64,000 nt of DNA from Felis catus (Eukaryota). Below are positions 12,201 to 25,144 of the stretch, in pieces. Both the position numbers and the translations under genes were made by a program. The stretch spans positions 4,218,001-4,282,000 of the forward strand of contig NC_058369.1 of the NCBI RefSeq assembly GCF_018350175.1, read 5' to 3'. Position 1 is the stretch's first letter; every line of letters starts with the position of its first letter. The notes below the pieces were generated by a model that had not been told where the DNA came from, did no database searches, and saw nothing but the letters and a program-made list of their open reading frames with translations.

Positions 12201-15200
12201 GGCTTCCCCTGGCCGGGAAAAGTCACCGCACCTCCGGCTGGCCTGCTACATGAGTCCCAGCCCACCAGCCAGCATGAGACAGGGAGCAGAAGGCAGCCCC
12301 ACCCCGGGAAGGCGGACTGTCAGGGCCCCCTAGGCACAATGTGGCTGCAGGGGCACCTACAATCGCAGCCCGCTTCACAGCACCAGTCAGGCCGCCTGAA
12401 CACCGTTGTCCTCCCCCCACCCCCACCCCCGCCCCAGCCCCACCCCACGCAAGGAAAGGGCTCAGGGCTGACTGGTCCATTCGGGGCGCTCATTCCAGAA
12501 AGGAAGCTCTGATTCCATGTTACCCATATAGTAAAAGGCATTCCAGGGCATTCACGCCTCCCGCAGTGAGAAAAGCAGTTCTCCGGAACCCTGCAGCCGG
12601 CGCCCGGCGTTCCTGTCCCACCCAGGCTTGCTTTGCTCAAACCTAAGCGCATTCTGGGCGACGCTCCACGGCGGTGCGGCCCCGGGCCGTGTTTGCCTCC
12701 ATTCGGTTACCCCTTGAGTCGCTAACCAAGGGCTGGGGTGGGCGGGCGGCGGGGGTCCCTTTCCTCATGATCCTGCCCTGTCGTCTCATAGGTCAGCTCG
12801 TTTACCCTGTCCCCGTGGACGAAGAACCCCGCATCTCGTATTCTTCCGTTTCGGAAGCCAACGTCACCATCCACAACATCGCTGCCAGTGCGTGGCCAGC
12901 CTACGGGTAGCTTTCTAGAAGGTGCCCTACACTGGGCTTGTTCGCCGCCGACCCCGCTAGATCCAGTCCGGCCCAAGCCAAACCACAGTGTGATCATCGC
13001 ACGTTCGAGAGCAGCTCCCGCCATAAACTATTGTGCCTTTTTACCACGATGGACCGTTCATCGAGTGCTCGCTTCCTAAGGCCGCTACCACAAATGCCCA
13101 CAAACTGGGGAAGGAGGGTGGGGGGAAGGTTCTAGAGGCCGGAAGTCTGACATCAACATGTGGGCTGGCCCGTGCTCCCCGCAGAGGCTCTAGGACAGGA
13201 TGTGCCCCAGGCCTGTCTCTCTGGGTTGTAGACGGTCCTTGTCCCCTATGTCCGCACACTGTGCCCCCTACTGGGCATGTCTCCATGTCCATATTTCCCC
13301 TTTAAAAAAAAAATAATAATTTTTTTTTGGGGGGGGGGGGTGGAGCAAGGCAGAGAAAGAGGGAGACACAGAATCAGAAGCAGAGACACAGAATCTGAGC
13401 TGTCAGCACAGAGCCCAACGCGGGTCTCGAACCCACAAACTGAGAGATCATGACCTGAACCAAAGTCGGACACTCAACGGACTGAGCCTCCCAGGTGCCC
13501 CATGTTTCCCCTTTTTATAAGGATGCCAGTCATATTGGATTAGGACCCACCCTGATGACCTCGCTGGGACTTGATCATGTCTGGAAAGACCTGATCTCCA
13601 AATACAGTCACCTGCTGAGGTCCAGGGGGTTAGGACCCCAATCTGTCTTTGTTGGAGGGGACACGTTTCAACCCCCACCAGCTGGCATCCCCAGGATTTC
13701 TTTGCAACCAAATCATTGTCCTGGTGCTGTCTTAAAAGATGACATTCGCCCGAGTAATTCTCCTCACACGGTTCGTGGGTTGGAAAGGCAAATAGTGGAG
13801 TAAACCGGGCGAAGGGGGCCGTCGCTTGAGTTTTAAGTCACTATTTCCCTCTGTCTGCTAATCGCTGCATTACATCCTACTATGTTCCTATATCTACTTA
13901 AAATTAACTCATAATTATAGAAATCCATGATACAGCATTTCCTTATAATTAAACCAGTGGTGCATGGTCCCTTAGAGGAATTTTTCTTCTTAACATTACA
14001 AATACAATTAATTCCTGCATACCTGAAACCTTCTACCTGTTATACAGCCAAGTCCCCATTTCGTCAACCTGGGGACACTCGGCGGTGTCTGGGGACATCC
14101 GTGGGTGTCTGGGGACATCCGTGGTTGTCTCATCGGGGGGCGTGCTCCTAGTATCTACTGGGTAGAGGCCAGGGACGCTGCTTAACATCCTATAGTGCCA
14201 AGACGCAACCCACCCCCACCCCCAAACTACCGCAAAGAAGGATCTGGTCCCTAACCTCACTAGCGCCAAGGTCGAGAAACCCTCAGTACATTAATTCACT
14301 CCCTGCTCCTCAAACACACCTCCACTTTTCTATATCAGAGGCTTTCCCCAAGGTTCAGCTTAAGCCTCACTTTTTCTGAAAGCTCCCTTGTCTTCTTTTT
14401 TTAAGAATAAAAATACACATCCGGTCATGTTGACCCTTTCAGAAAACCTTTTAGTGCTCTCCCGTGTTCCTTGGAACTCTGTGTCTGCGAAAGACCAGAA
14501 ACAACCTCCAGGCCCACCCGTGGAGGACCGGTTAGTTCAGTTCTAGTTCATCCGGGCACATGCATACACACGGAAGACAACAATTTTTGTTTAGCATCCG
14601 ACTCTGGGTTTCTGCTCAGGTCATGATCTCAACGGTTCGTGAGTTCGAGCCCCCCATCAGGCTTGGCGCTGATGGCTCAGAGCCTTCTTGGGACTCTCTG
14701 TCTCCCTCCCTCTCGCCTACCCTCCTGCTCATTCTCTCTCTCTCTCTCAAGATCAACAAACTTCAAAAAAAAAAAAATACAGTTTTCTTAGAACGCAATC
14801 ACGTCTGTTCATTTACAACCGGTCTGTAGCTGCTGTCACAGAGCTGAATACTTGTAACAAAGCACCTGACCAGCAAAGCAGAAAACATTTGCCATCTGGC
14901 CTTTTACAAAAGAAGTTTGCTGACCCCTGGTCTATATGATGGAATCGGGCGTAATTGTTTTTTCACAACTTGTTACATTTGTTACAGTTTTGTCCACGGA
15001 AACAGCCCTCAGTTCCATTTTGTTCTGTCTTGTTTCTTTTCTCCTAGATCAGAATGAACTGGCAGTCTTAACTCGGGAGAACAGTTTGTATTATGGCAGC
15101 CTTGGAATCCTGCCAAGTTCTCTAATCAAAGTAGGTACATTCAAAGTGCTGTTTATCGCCGTGTCGGTGAGGAATTACGGTCTCCTTCTCAAACTGCCGA

Positions 15201-18200
15201 TCCTTTTCTGAAGGCGGGAAATCACTCTAGTTATGAGAATAGTACTGGTATTTTAATAACAACAGCAATCGTTTAATGATTTTAATTAATATGGGATTTA
15301 CGGCCACAGCAGCTAAAACTTACTGGGCGTTCAGGATATAGTAGGTGCTGGTCTGAGCGGTTTCCCTCTGTTAACCCCATTTAGTCCCGACCATCGTCTT
15401 AGAAGTAGAACCTCGGGGGCACCTGGGGGGGCTTGGTTGGCGGAGCATGTGACTCTTGATCTTGGGCTGTGAGTTCAAGCCCCACGTTGAGGGTAGAGAT
15501 AACTAAAAAAGAAATAAACAAATAATCGTAAAAAAAAAAAAAAAAAAAAAAGAAGACGAAGTCGAAGAACCTTGTATTGTCCCCATTGGACAGACGGAAA
15601 AACTGAGTCACAGAGAGACCGGAAGCGGTGATGCCAGTTATTTCACATCCCCTTTTACGTCATGCCTGTCTAATTTTATTTCACTCTCACAAAACCCCAG
15701 GAAGGAGATAATATCGTCCAACTTTTACAAGAGAGGAAACACTGAAGTTCAGATTTCTCTCTTTCCTAAGGGCCCGTAACTCATTAGCAGCTAAGCCAGA
15801 AAAGAAATGTGAGGACTGTTAAAGTTAATTTATTTTTGAGAGAGAAAGTGAACGTAGGAGGAGCAGACAGAGAGGGAAAGAGAGGGAGAGGGAGGGAGGG
15901 AGGGAGGGAGAGAGAGAGAGAGAGAGAGAGAGAATCCCAAGCAGGCTACATGCTGTCAGCACAGAGCCTGATATGGGGCTCGAACTCACAAACTGTGAGA
16001 TTATGACCTGAGTCAAAACCAAGAGTCGGACACTTAACCGACTGAGCCACCCAGGACCCCGTCACACTGACACATTCTTGACAACCACGGCATTTTCTGG
16101 GGGAGGGTCATTAGCTTTCGTCCGACTTTGCAGAGCGGTCCGCGGGGCCTGTGGATAAGTCTAGAATTATTTCCTGCGTATCCTCTCTGCTGAGGAAATA
16201 CGGAGCTTCCATCATTAATCACCAAGGAATGAATGAAGCGTACTGATGACTTTATCTGGTCTTCCTTCTAAATTTAAACCTGAATCATGAGATAAAATTT
16301 ACATCCTCAAAAAACACCTAGAACGACCCGATCTCCCAAGTTGCTTTTCTCTTAGTTTTCAGGCCAAAACATCTGGTCCCAAGAGGCAGCCGTGATGTTC
16401 ACTGATGTGGGGCAACTGGAAATACTGACCCCGCTTCCCGATCCAATGTTTCCAGCTTTTGATTTCCAGAGGTGCCCTATGAACGTTCAGGAGATTCTCA
16501 TGGATCCCCAACTCCAAGTTGACGTTTGCAAAGTATGTGATCGTAACTGTTTAGATCAATGTTCCAGGCACCCTTTCTTTTCTTTTTTTTTTTTTTTAAC
16601 GCTTATTTTTGAGAGAGAGAGAGAGAGAGCATGGGGCAGGGGCAGAGAGAGAAAGAGACACAGAATCTGAAGCAGGCTCCGTGGTGAGAGCAGAGAGCCC
16701 AATGCAGGACTTGAACCCATGAACTGTGAGATCATGACCGGAGCTGAAGTCGGCCGCTTAACCGACCGAGCCACCCAGGCGCCCCTAGGGTGTCCATTTC
16801 CAAATGGCCTTTGGATCCACGGCATTTAGCGATATGGGAAACTACTGAGTGTATCGATCTATGAAAATATCCTCTTATGAAATGATGGTGCTAGGAGACG
16901 GGAGTGATTTGTTTCTTCTTTCCTCTACTTGCCACAATAAACTATCAGTCCCCAGCCATGGGGATTTTCTTGTGGGCCCTTGAACTCTTCTGGGGAAAAA
17001 GGCTGTGCCATTAGCACGTAGTTTTCCCAAATCCCACCCCCACCAAAAGCCCCACCCAAACCAGCAACTACACAGTGTAACAAAAACCCACGGGGGACGG
17101 GGCGCCTGGCTGGCTCAGTCGGAAAAGCATGGTGAGTTTTGATCTCCAGGTCGTGAGTTTGAGCCCCACGTTGGGCTACAGCCTACTTTAAAAACAAAAA
17201 CAGGGGCGCCTGGGTGGCGCAGTCGGTTAAGCGTCCGACTTCAGCCAGGTCACGATCTCGCGGTCCGTGAGTTCGAGCCCCGCGTCGGGCTCTGGGCTGA
17301 CGGCTCAGAGCCTGGAGCCTGTTTCCGATTCTGTGTCTCCCTCTCTCCCTGCCCCTCCCCCGTTCATGCTCTGTCTCTCTCTGTCCCAAAAATAAATAAA
17401 AACATTGAAAAATAAAAGCAAAACGCAAAAATCCCCCGGATGAAAGCTGGGCAGCAAAGATAAATCACACAGTAGTAGATAATAAGCTAAAATGTAATAA
17501 CCCAAACCCGACAGACCCATCCTCCAATGCCCACCTGCACCAGGAAAATCCAGACTGTGAGAATCTACGGGTCCAGCAGCCGGGGGGGCTTCAGAGATGA
17601 AGAGACACGAAGAGGGCGGGGTAAAGGGGGAGCCTGTGGATTGCAAGGGGCTTAGAACAATGTTTCAAAACGGGCCGGACCAAGTTACATCACTTAGGGA
17701 TGCGCACTTGGCAAAGAAGCAACTATGGCAAAAATCAGGTGTGGGGGGGGGGAGACTTCTAGAAAGAGGAGGCTCGTCTGCAATGGGGTGGGCCGCGAGG
17801 CTCTACGGAGGGGTGGGGCGGCTGCAGGATCCGGCAGGGAAGACAGTGGCGTGCATGAAAGACTAGAAGGTTCCATCCCCAGGGGAGACCGCTGCCTGCC
17901 CGCCCCCGCGCATCTGATGCGACGGATTGATTTGCGCGGCGTTTCTGCCCAGGTAGAGCTTCTGCAAGGAGAATTTGACAACAAGATGTACAGCATCGAC
18001 ATGAACAGCAAACTGCAGCTCACAGCGCTCATGATTCCGCGGCCAGGCAGGTCACCGGTCCCACTGGTAAGGCCACCTCCTCCTGACGCCATCCGGTGCT
18101 TCTGGTACTTCCGGTCCCCCCAGCGTCGCAGGCCCTGCGAGTCCCCTGGCACCGCCGGGGAGAGCCCTCACCCGTGACGCTGTGGAGAAACGGCCTCCGC

Positions 18201-21200
18201 CCTGCTGGCCTCCTTCCCCAGGGCCTCCGTGCCTCCTTCTCCATCCTGCTTCTGGGCTGTTCTATGCTTCCCACTCCTCTTCCTCTTAGCCCAGCCGGAC
18301 CCCGCTTCCGTGCTTCCGGCCAGCAGCCCCGACTCCCGCCTCCCCTCACAGGGCGGGAGGTGCTCAAGAGACAGTGGGGGTCCCCAGACCTGAAACCCAA
18401 GTGACCAAGCCCAGACTCTCGGGGGGGAGGGTGCGGATTAATGTAAGGCCATGGGGTGAAGTCCAGCCAGGGGAGGCCAGGCTGGCTCCGGCTCTTATCT
18501 CGGGCTCTCCCCTCGGCCTCCTGCACAGGACAGGCCTCCTTGGGGGATCCTCCGGGGGGGGGGGTGCAGACCCACCAGCAGGGACGGGTTTGGGTCCCAC
18601 AGCTCCAAACTGTCTGCAGTGCCGGGGCTCAGAGGCCACACTGGGGGGTAGACGAGGTGGGGCAGGGGCATGGGGATCGGAGGGGCGGCTGCCTTTGCAG
18701 AGCAAGCTCGGTTTTTAGTGTGAAGGGGCACAGGGGTCCCCTGTGGTGAGATCCCAGTGGCGCCCTTTTGTGTCCCCCGGCCCCAGTAAATGGTGTGCGT
18801 CTCCTTCCCCACCCCCCACCCCCCACCAGGCAATGGTGAGCAACCCCCACTCCCTGGGGCTGCAGGTGGCCATCTACGAGGACGGCTACACCTATGACGG
18901 AAACACCAAGCACAGACTGGTGAGTGGCGCCCCCGCCCCAGGCCCAGGTCAGTGCAGGGAAGGGCACAGCCTTGACTGGGCCCAGCCAGGTCCGGCCGCC
19001 TGAAGGCTTCCTCAGCCTGAACTTCCTTCCTCGCCCTGGATAAGGCGCTAAAGCATCTGGAGAGGACTTGGCCCTGCTGCTCCCCGCCCCTCCCCTGCTC
19101 CCTGCAGGCAGGAAGCACAGGGGACAAGCAGGAGGGCGTGACAGAGAGCCTAACATAGCCCCAGGGAAATCTGGGTAGCTGGGTAAACTGAGGCACGAGG
19201 ATGGAGGTGAAACGGGGGGCGGGGGGGCAGGAGGGTCCTGGCAAAACAGGAGGCCAGGGTGCTCCACAGGGCCGAGCCAGGCCTCACGGTCACACCGTGG
19301 AGTTTACACTTGACCCCGGAAGCCTAGGGTAGGGTTGGGCGGTTTCCACAAAACGGGAGCCTGACAAGGCATCAGTCAGCCACAGGGGGATTTTTGGACC
19401 GGTCCCCGTCACCTCCTAAAGAAGAGGGGAAACAAAGTCACCCCTCACTCCGGGTCCCTCAGACAAAGGCAGCCAGGAAACGAAGAGGCTTGGGGTTGGT
19501 CATTTCTATGAACTTCTAGAAGCCTCTCACCGGTGGTACAATTAGAATCAAGAGGCAGCTGGATGCTTTCCAGGCTCCTCCTCCCAAAGCCCCGTCCTAC
19601 CTCAGTGTCCCCCCCGAGCCCCGATCCTCAGCCACCCCGGGCTGCCCCACCGTGGTGTTTGTTCTCGGTTCCACAGAACATCTCCCTGAGGCAGCAGCAC
19701 CACTGGGGCAGGGCCAACCCCAACTTCACCTCCAGGTACGCGGTCGCCTAGATGGGAGTGGGCGGCCCCCGTGTATGGGGTTCCCTTGACAGATCTGGGA
19801 ACGCGGGGCCGAGATCCAGACTCCCTCCCTCCAAGGACAGTCAGGCCAGAATAATCGGCAACACTTTCTAAATGGTGGTTCCTCAAAACATTGAACATAG
19901 AATTACCATATGGCCTGGCAATCCCGCTTCTGGGTCTACACCCGGAAGAATGGGAAGCAGGACCGGAAAAGATATGTGCACACCCGTGTTTACAGCAGCC
20001 TGATTCACAATCACCAAAACGTGGAAACAGCCCCGTATCCGCAGACGGCCCAGTAGGTGGACACAGTGTGGCCCATCCACACGCTGGGATATCACCCAGC
20101 CTCAGGAAGGAGGGAGGTCCTGCCGCCTGCCACCACGTGGATGGACCCTGAGGACACTGTGTGCGGTGACAGAAGCCAGACACAGAAGGACACGTCCTGC
20201 GTGACCCCACGCACAGGGGGTCCCTAGAATATGTATTTCAACAAGTCTTCATTCTACGTGTGGAATTTTGTATCACTGTATCACATATAATAGGAATTTG
20301 CTAAGACATCGGAACTAAAGTATTCTAGGGGCGCTTGGGGTGGCTCAGTCGGTTGAGCGTCCCACTTCGGCTCCGGTAACAATCTCGTGGTTCGTGAGTT
20401 CGAGCCCCGTATCGGGCTCTGTGCTGACAGCTCGGAGCCTGGAGCCTGCTTTGGATTCTGTGTCTCCCTCTGTCTCTTTGCCCCTCCCCTGTTCACACTC
20501 TGTCTCTCTCTCTGTCAAAAACAAATAAACATTAAAAAAATATTTAACTCGGGGCGCCTGGGTGGCGCAGTTGGTTAAGCGTCCGACTTCAGCCCAGGTC
20601 ACAATCTCACGGTCCATGAGTTCGAGCCCCGCGTCGGGCTCTGGGCTGATGGCTCAGAGCCTGGAGCCTGCTTCCAATTCTGTGTCCCCCTCTCTGTCTG
20701 CCCCTCCCCCGTTCATGCTCTGTCTCTCTCTGTCTCAAAAATAAATAAACATTTTAAAAAAATATTTAACTAAATTTTTTATGTACTTGGCAATTAAAAA
20801 AATCAACCAGATCTCCCAGTAGAGATTTTCAGACCACATGCTCAGACCATAGTCCAACAAAACTAGAACTGAATGGCCAGAAAAACAAAACCAATGACAA
20901 AAAGCCCCCTTTCTTGGAAAGGAAGAGACGCTTTTATAAATAACCCTTGAATCCTAGAATCCATGCAACACGGCTGAAACATACTCAAAGGAAAATCTGT
21001 ACCCTGAGCACTTTTATTATGAGGGGGAAGAACAGACTGAAGACGCGTGAAGTAAACATTGAACTTAAAGAACCAGGGGAACCACAAAAAGAAGGGAGTT
21101 AATGATGATACAGTCTGAAATGTATTAAACAGAGGGCAAAAAGACAGGATAAAGTCAAAGTGACACATAAAGCTGGTTCTTCAGAAGCCCAGTACACAAG

Positions 21201-24200
21201 GCGACCCCGCAATCCTGACGAAGGAGGAGAGAATTGAAACAAACAGTAGAACAGAAAGTGACAAGGGTGGAGACTTATCAAAGAATAAGGGGAGGGGCTT
21301 CACCCAACTCAAAAGCTCCCACACAGTGAAGGAAGCCACCCACAAAATGAAAAGGCGGCCCACTGACCGGGAGAAGACGCCGATGTCCAAAACATGTAAG
21401 GAACACGCGCAACTCAAGAACAACAACGACAACGCAATGAAAAAATGGGCAGAAGATCTGAAGAGACGCTTTTCCAGAGAAGACATCCAGATGGCCAACA
21501 GACACGTGAAAAGATGCCCCACGTCACTCAGCCTCAGGGAAATGCTGATCAAAAGCACATCGAGACACCACCTCACACCCGTCACGATGGCTACAATCAA
21601 CAACACAAGAAACAAGGGTTGGCGAGGATGCGGAGAAAGGGGCGCCCTGCACTGTTGGTGGGAATGCAAACTGGTGCAGCCGCTCTGGAGAACAGGACGG
21701 AGGCTCTTCAGAAAATGAAACGGAGACCCACCACACAACCCAATTCCAGGTCTATTTGAAGAAGACCGAAACGCTAATTTGAAACAATACACGCGCCCCT
21801 TTGTTTGTCGCAGCATCATTTACAAAAGCCAAATTATGGAAGCCGTCTAATCTAACCAATCCATCTAGAGGTGAATGGATAAAGAAGACGTGGTGTATGT
21901 ATACAATGAAATACGCCCCCAGTTATAGAATAAAGAAGTCATGGGGATGTATTGAACTGCCTGGGTAACACGGTCAGTAATGTTGTATTAACTTTGTATG
22001 GTGACAGACGGTAACTAGCCTATTAATGGCGATCCTTTTGCAATGTATGCAGACATTAAATAACTATGTTGTATGCCTGGAACTAATATGATATTGCGTT
22101 TCTTTAAAGAAAAAAAATTTTTTTTAAATTTTTTTTTTCAACGTTTATTTATTTTTGGGACAGAGAGAGAGACAGAGCATGAACGGGGAAGGGGCAGAGA
22201 GAGAGGGAGACACAGAATCGGAAACAGGCTCCAGGCTCTGAGCCATCAGCCCAGAGCCCGACGCGGGGCTCGAACTCACGGACCGCGAGATCGTGACCTG
22301 GCTGAAGTCGGACGCTTAACCGACTGCGCCACCCAGGCGCCCCAAAGAAAAATTTTTTAATGCTTTTATTTTTTGAAAGAGAGACAGAGACAGAGACAGA
22401 GATGAGTGGGGGAGGGGCAGAGAGAGGAGAGGGAGACACAGAATCCGAAGCAGGCTCCGGGCTCTGACCTGTCAGCACAGAGCTGGACGCGGGCTCGAGC
22501 TCGTGAACCGCGAGATCACGACCTGAGCCGAAGTCGGACGTGCAACCACCTGAGCCACCCAGGAGCCCCAATATGATATTGTATTGCAATTATACTTCAA
22601 TGAAAAACAGAACAAGAAAACATTACACGTAGCTAGGTGATGATAATGTTGTGATACGTAACTAGGTAATAATAATGGATGTCAGATGTGGTTTTCAAGA
22701 AGTTATTATACGTAAATGAATAAAACTGACTCAAGAAGAAGTAGAAACTCAAGGGAGGGTGGGGCCACCACGTGTGAGCAGAGGTTCTCCATCAGTATTC
22801 TGGAACAAATGGATGAATAGATGGATCATGAATGGATGGATGATGGATGGATGGATGGATAAGTAAATCGGTGGGTCGGTGATTGTTTTTAACCCTGATA
22901 CTATTTGTGACACTGATGTGCGATAATACACACTCCCATTGCCTCGCAGCATAAAGAAACCCACAGTATCTACCATCACTCTGGACGTAGCCAACAAGGA
23001 AATTTCATGTGTGGACCTGAAGCCACTGGTATGTCCCAAATTTTCACTGTCCCATATTCTTTGTTGTTAGCGTTAAGAATAATGGTGGTGGGTCTCCCCT
23101 GGATTTTCCCTGAGGGGCTGGCCGAGCCCATGTTCAGGATTTGAAAATGGAGGTGATCTGGTCCCAGTTGCCAGGGTCACTCCCTTCCCCCCCCCCCCGC
23201 CATTCCCCACCCCCCGCCGCCCCGCAACAGCACCCCCAGGTCTGCCCCTCAAGACTCACCATCCTAGGAGCAGGTGTCTCGTCTCATTCCTTGATCATCC
23301 CCAGAACACCTCTGGCCAACTCTGGTGACAGCACTCCTTGGTGCTCCCAAGAGAACGGAAAACCGCACACATCCACACGGAAACCTGTACACATATATTC
23401 ACAGTGGCCTTATTTGTAATAGTCAAAAGGTGTTAGCTACCCAAATGTCCACTGATGGGTGAACCAATAAACACAGGGCGGTCCGTGCTGACACCCACCA
23501 CAACATGGATGGATCTTGAAGACGTTACGCTCAGTGAAAGAAGTCAATCCCAGAAGTCCAAATACTGTCTGATTCCACTTTTCTGAGGTCCCCAGAGCAG
23601 TCCTGTCCACAGAGACAGATGGTGGGCACCAGGGGTGGGGCAGGGGGTGGGGTGTCAGGACTCATGGGGACAGTCTCAGTTTGGGGAGATGAGAAGGTTC
23701 TGGAAACAGTTGGTGGGGGTGGGTGTACAGCCGTGTGAGTGTGCCTGATGGCCTTGAGCTTTGTGCTTAAAATGGTTAAAGATGGTACATTTCATGTTAT
23801 GTGTATTTTACCACATTTTTTAAAGTTTATTTATTTATTGATTTACTTATTTATTTAAAGTTTATTTATTTATTTGGAGAGAAAGAGAAAGAGAGAGAGC
23901 AGGGGAGGGGCAGAGAGAGAGAGAGAGAGAGAGAATCCCAAGACAGCAAGGCTCTGTGCTGTCAGCACAGATGTGGGGCTCGATCTCACGAACCATGAGA
24001 TTATGACCTGAACCAGAAAGGAGTTAGACGCTTAACCAGCTGAGCCACCCAGGCGCCCCTTTACCACGATTTTTGTAAAATTGATAGGAATATTGCATTC
24101 TGTCCCGTGGTAAATCCACGTTTGTCTTCTGTATGCCAAGTATTGTCCCACATTTATAAACTGGCCTCTGGTTGGAACTAAGATATAAGCTAGTGACAGG

Positions 24201-25096
24201 GGACTTAACTGCACGCCCATAGCTCTGGCAAGCCCTTAGGGCTTGAGCTCCGCGGGGCCAGGCCCAGTTACAGTGAGTCCCGGGAGACTGGGTCACCGTG
24301 TCAGGATCTGGGCACACCGTTTCCTGTCTCTCCTGGGTGTGAGTGTCCCCACGTGGGTTCTTAACACAGCCGGGCCGTCAGCGGCCCTCACCGACCCCGG
24401 TCAGCATCCCTGCCTCTCTCCTCCGCAGACGGCACTCATTTCAGTGGGTTGTGACCAGGAGAAAAAGATCGTCATTCAGAAGTAAGTGTGTCGATATGGG
24501 GGGGGGGGGGCGGGGACTGGGACGTGACAAGCTTGGTCACAGTAGTTTCACAACCGTTGAAATCGGGTGACATTTTCCTGTGCGTTTTTATGTATATTTA
24601 ACATTCTCATAAGAAATAGTTAAATAATGGGGCACCTGGGTGGCTCAGACGGCTAAGCGTCTGACTTCAGCTCAGGTCATGATCTCGCGGTTCGTGGGTT
24701 CGAGCCCTGCATCAGGCCCTGTGCTGACAGCTCAGAGCCTGGAGCCTGGATTCTGTGTCTCCCTCTCTCTCTGCCCCTCCCCTGCTCACGCTCTGTCTCT
24801 ATCTCTCAAAAATGAGTAAATGTTAGGGGGAAAAAATAAATAGTTAAATAATGAATACTGATAGGCTGAGTTTGGTTTCTGGCACAGTGTTCTCCCCTCC
24901 TTTACCAGCTTGTTGATATTTACACTTTGCTCTCTCTCCTAATCATGTGCTTGTTCATTTTCTTTTCTTTTCTTTTCTTTTCTTTTCTTTTCTTTTCTTT
25001 TCTTTTCTTTTTCTTTCTTTCCTTCTTTCTTTCCTTCTTTCTTTCCTTCTTTCTTTCCTTCTTTCTTTCCTTCTTTCTTTCCTTCTTTCTTTCTTT

Positions 25097-25144
<48 letters not shown>

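Noticed and set aside
21181..21819. ORFs with L1 ORF2-like peptide as a gene
   Set aside because: Truncated, degenerate LINE-1 fragment.
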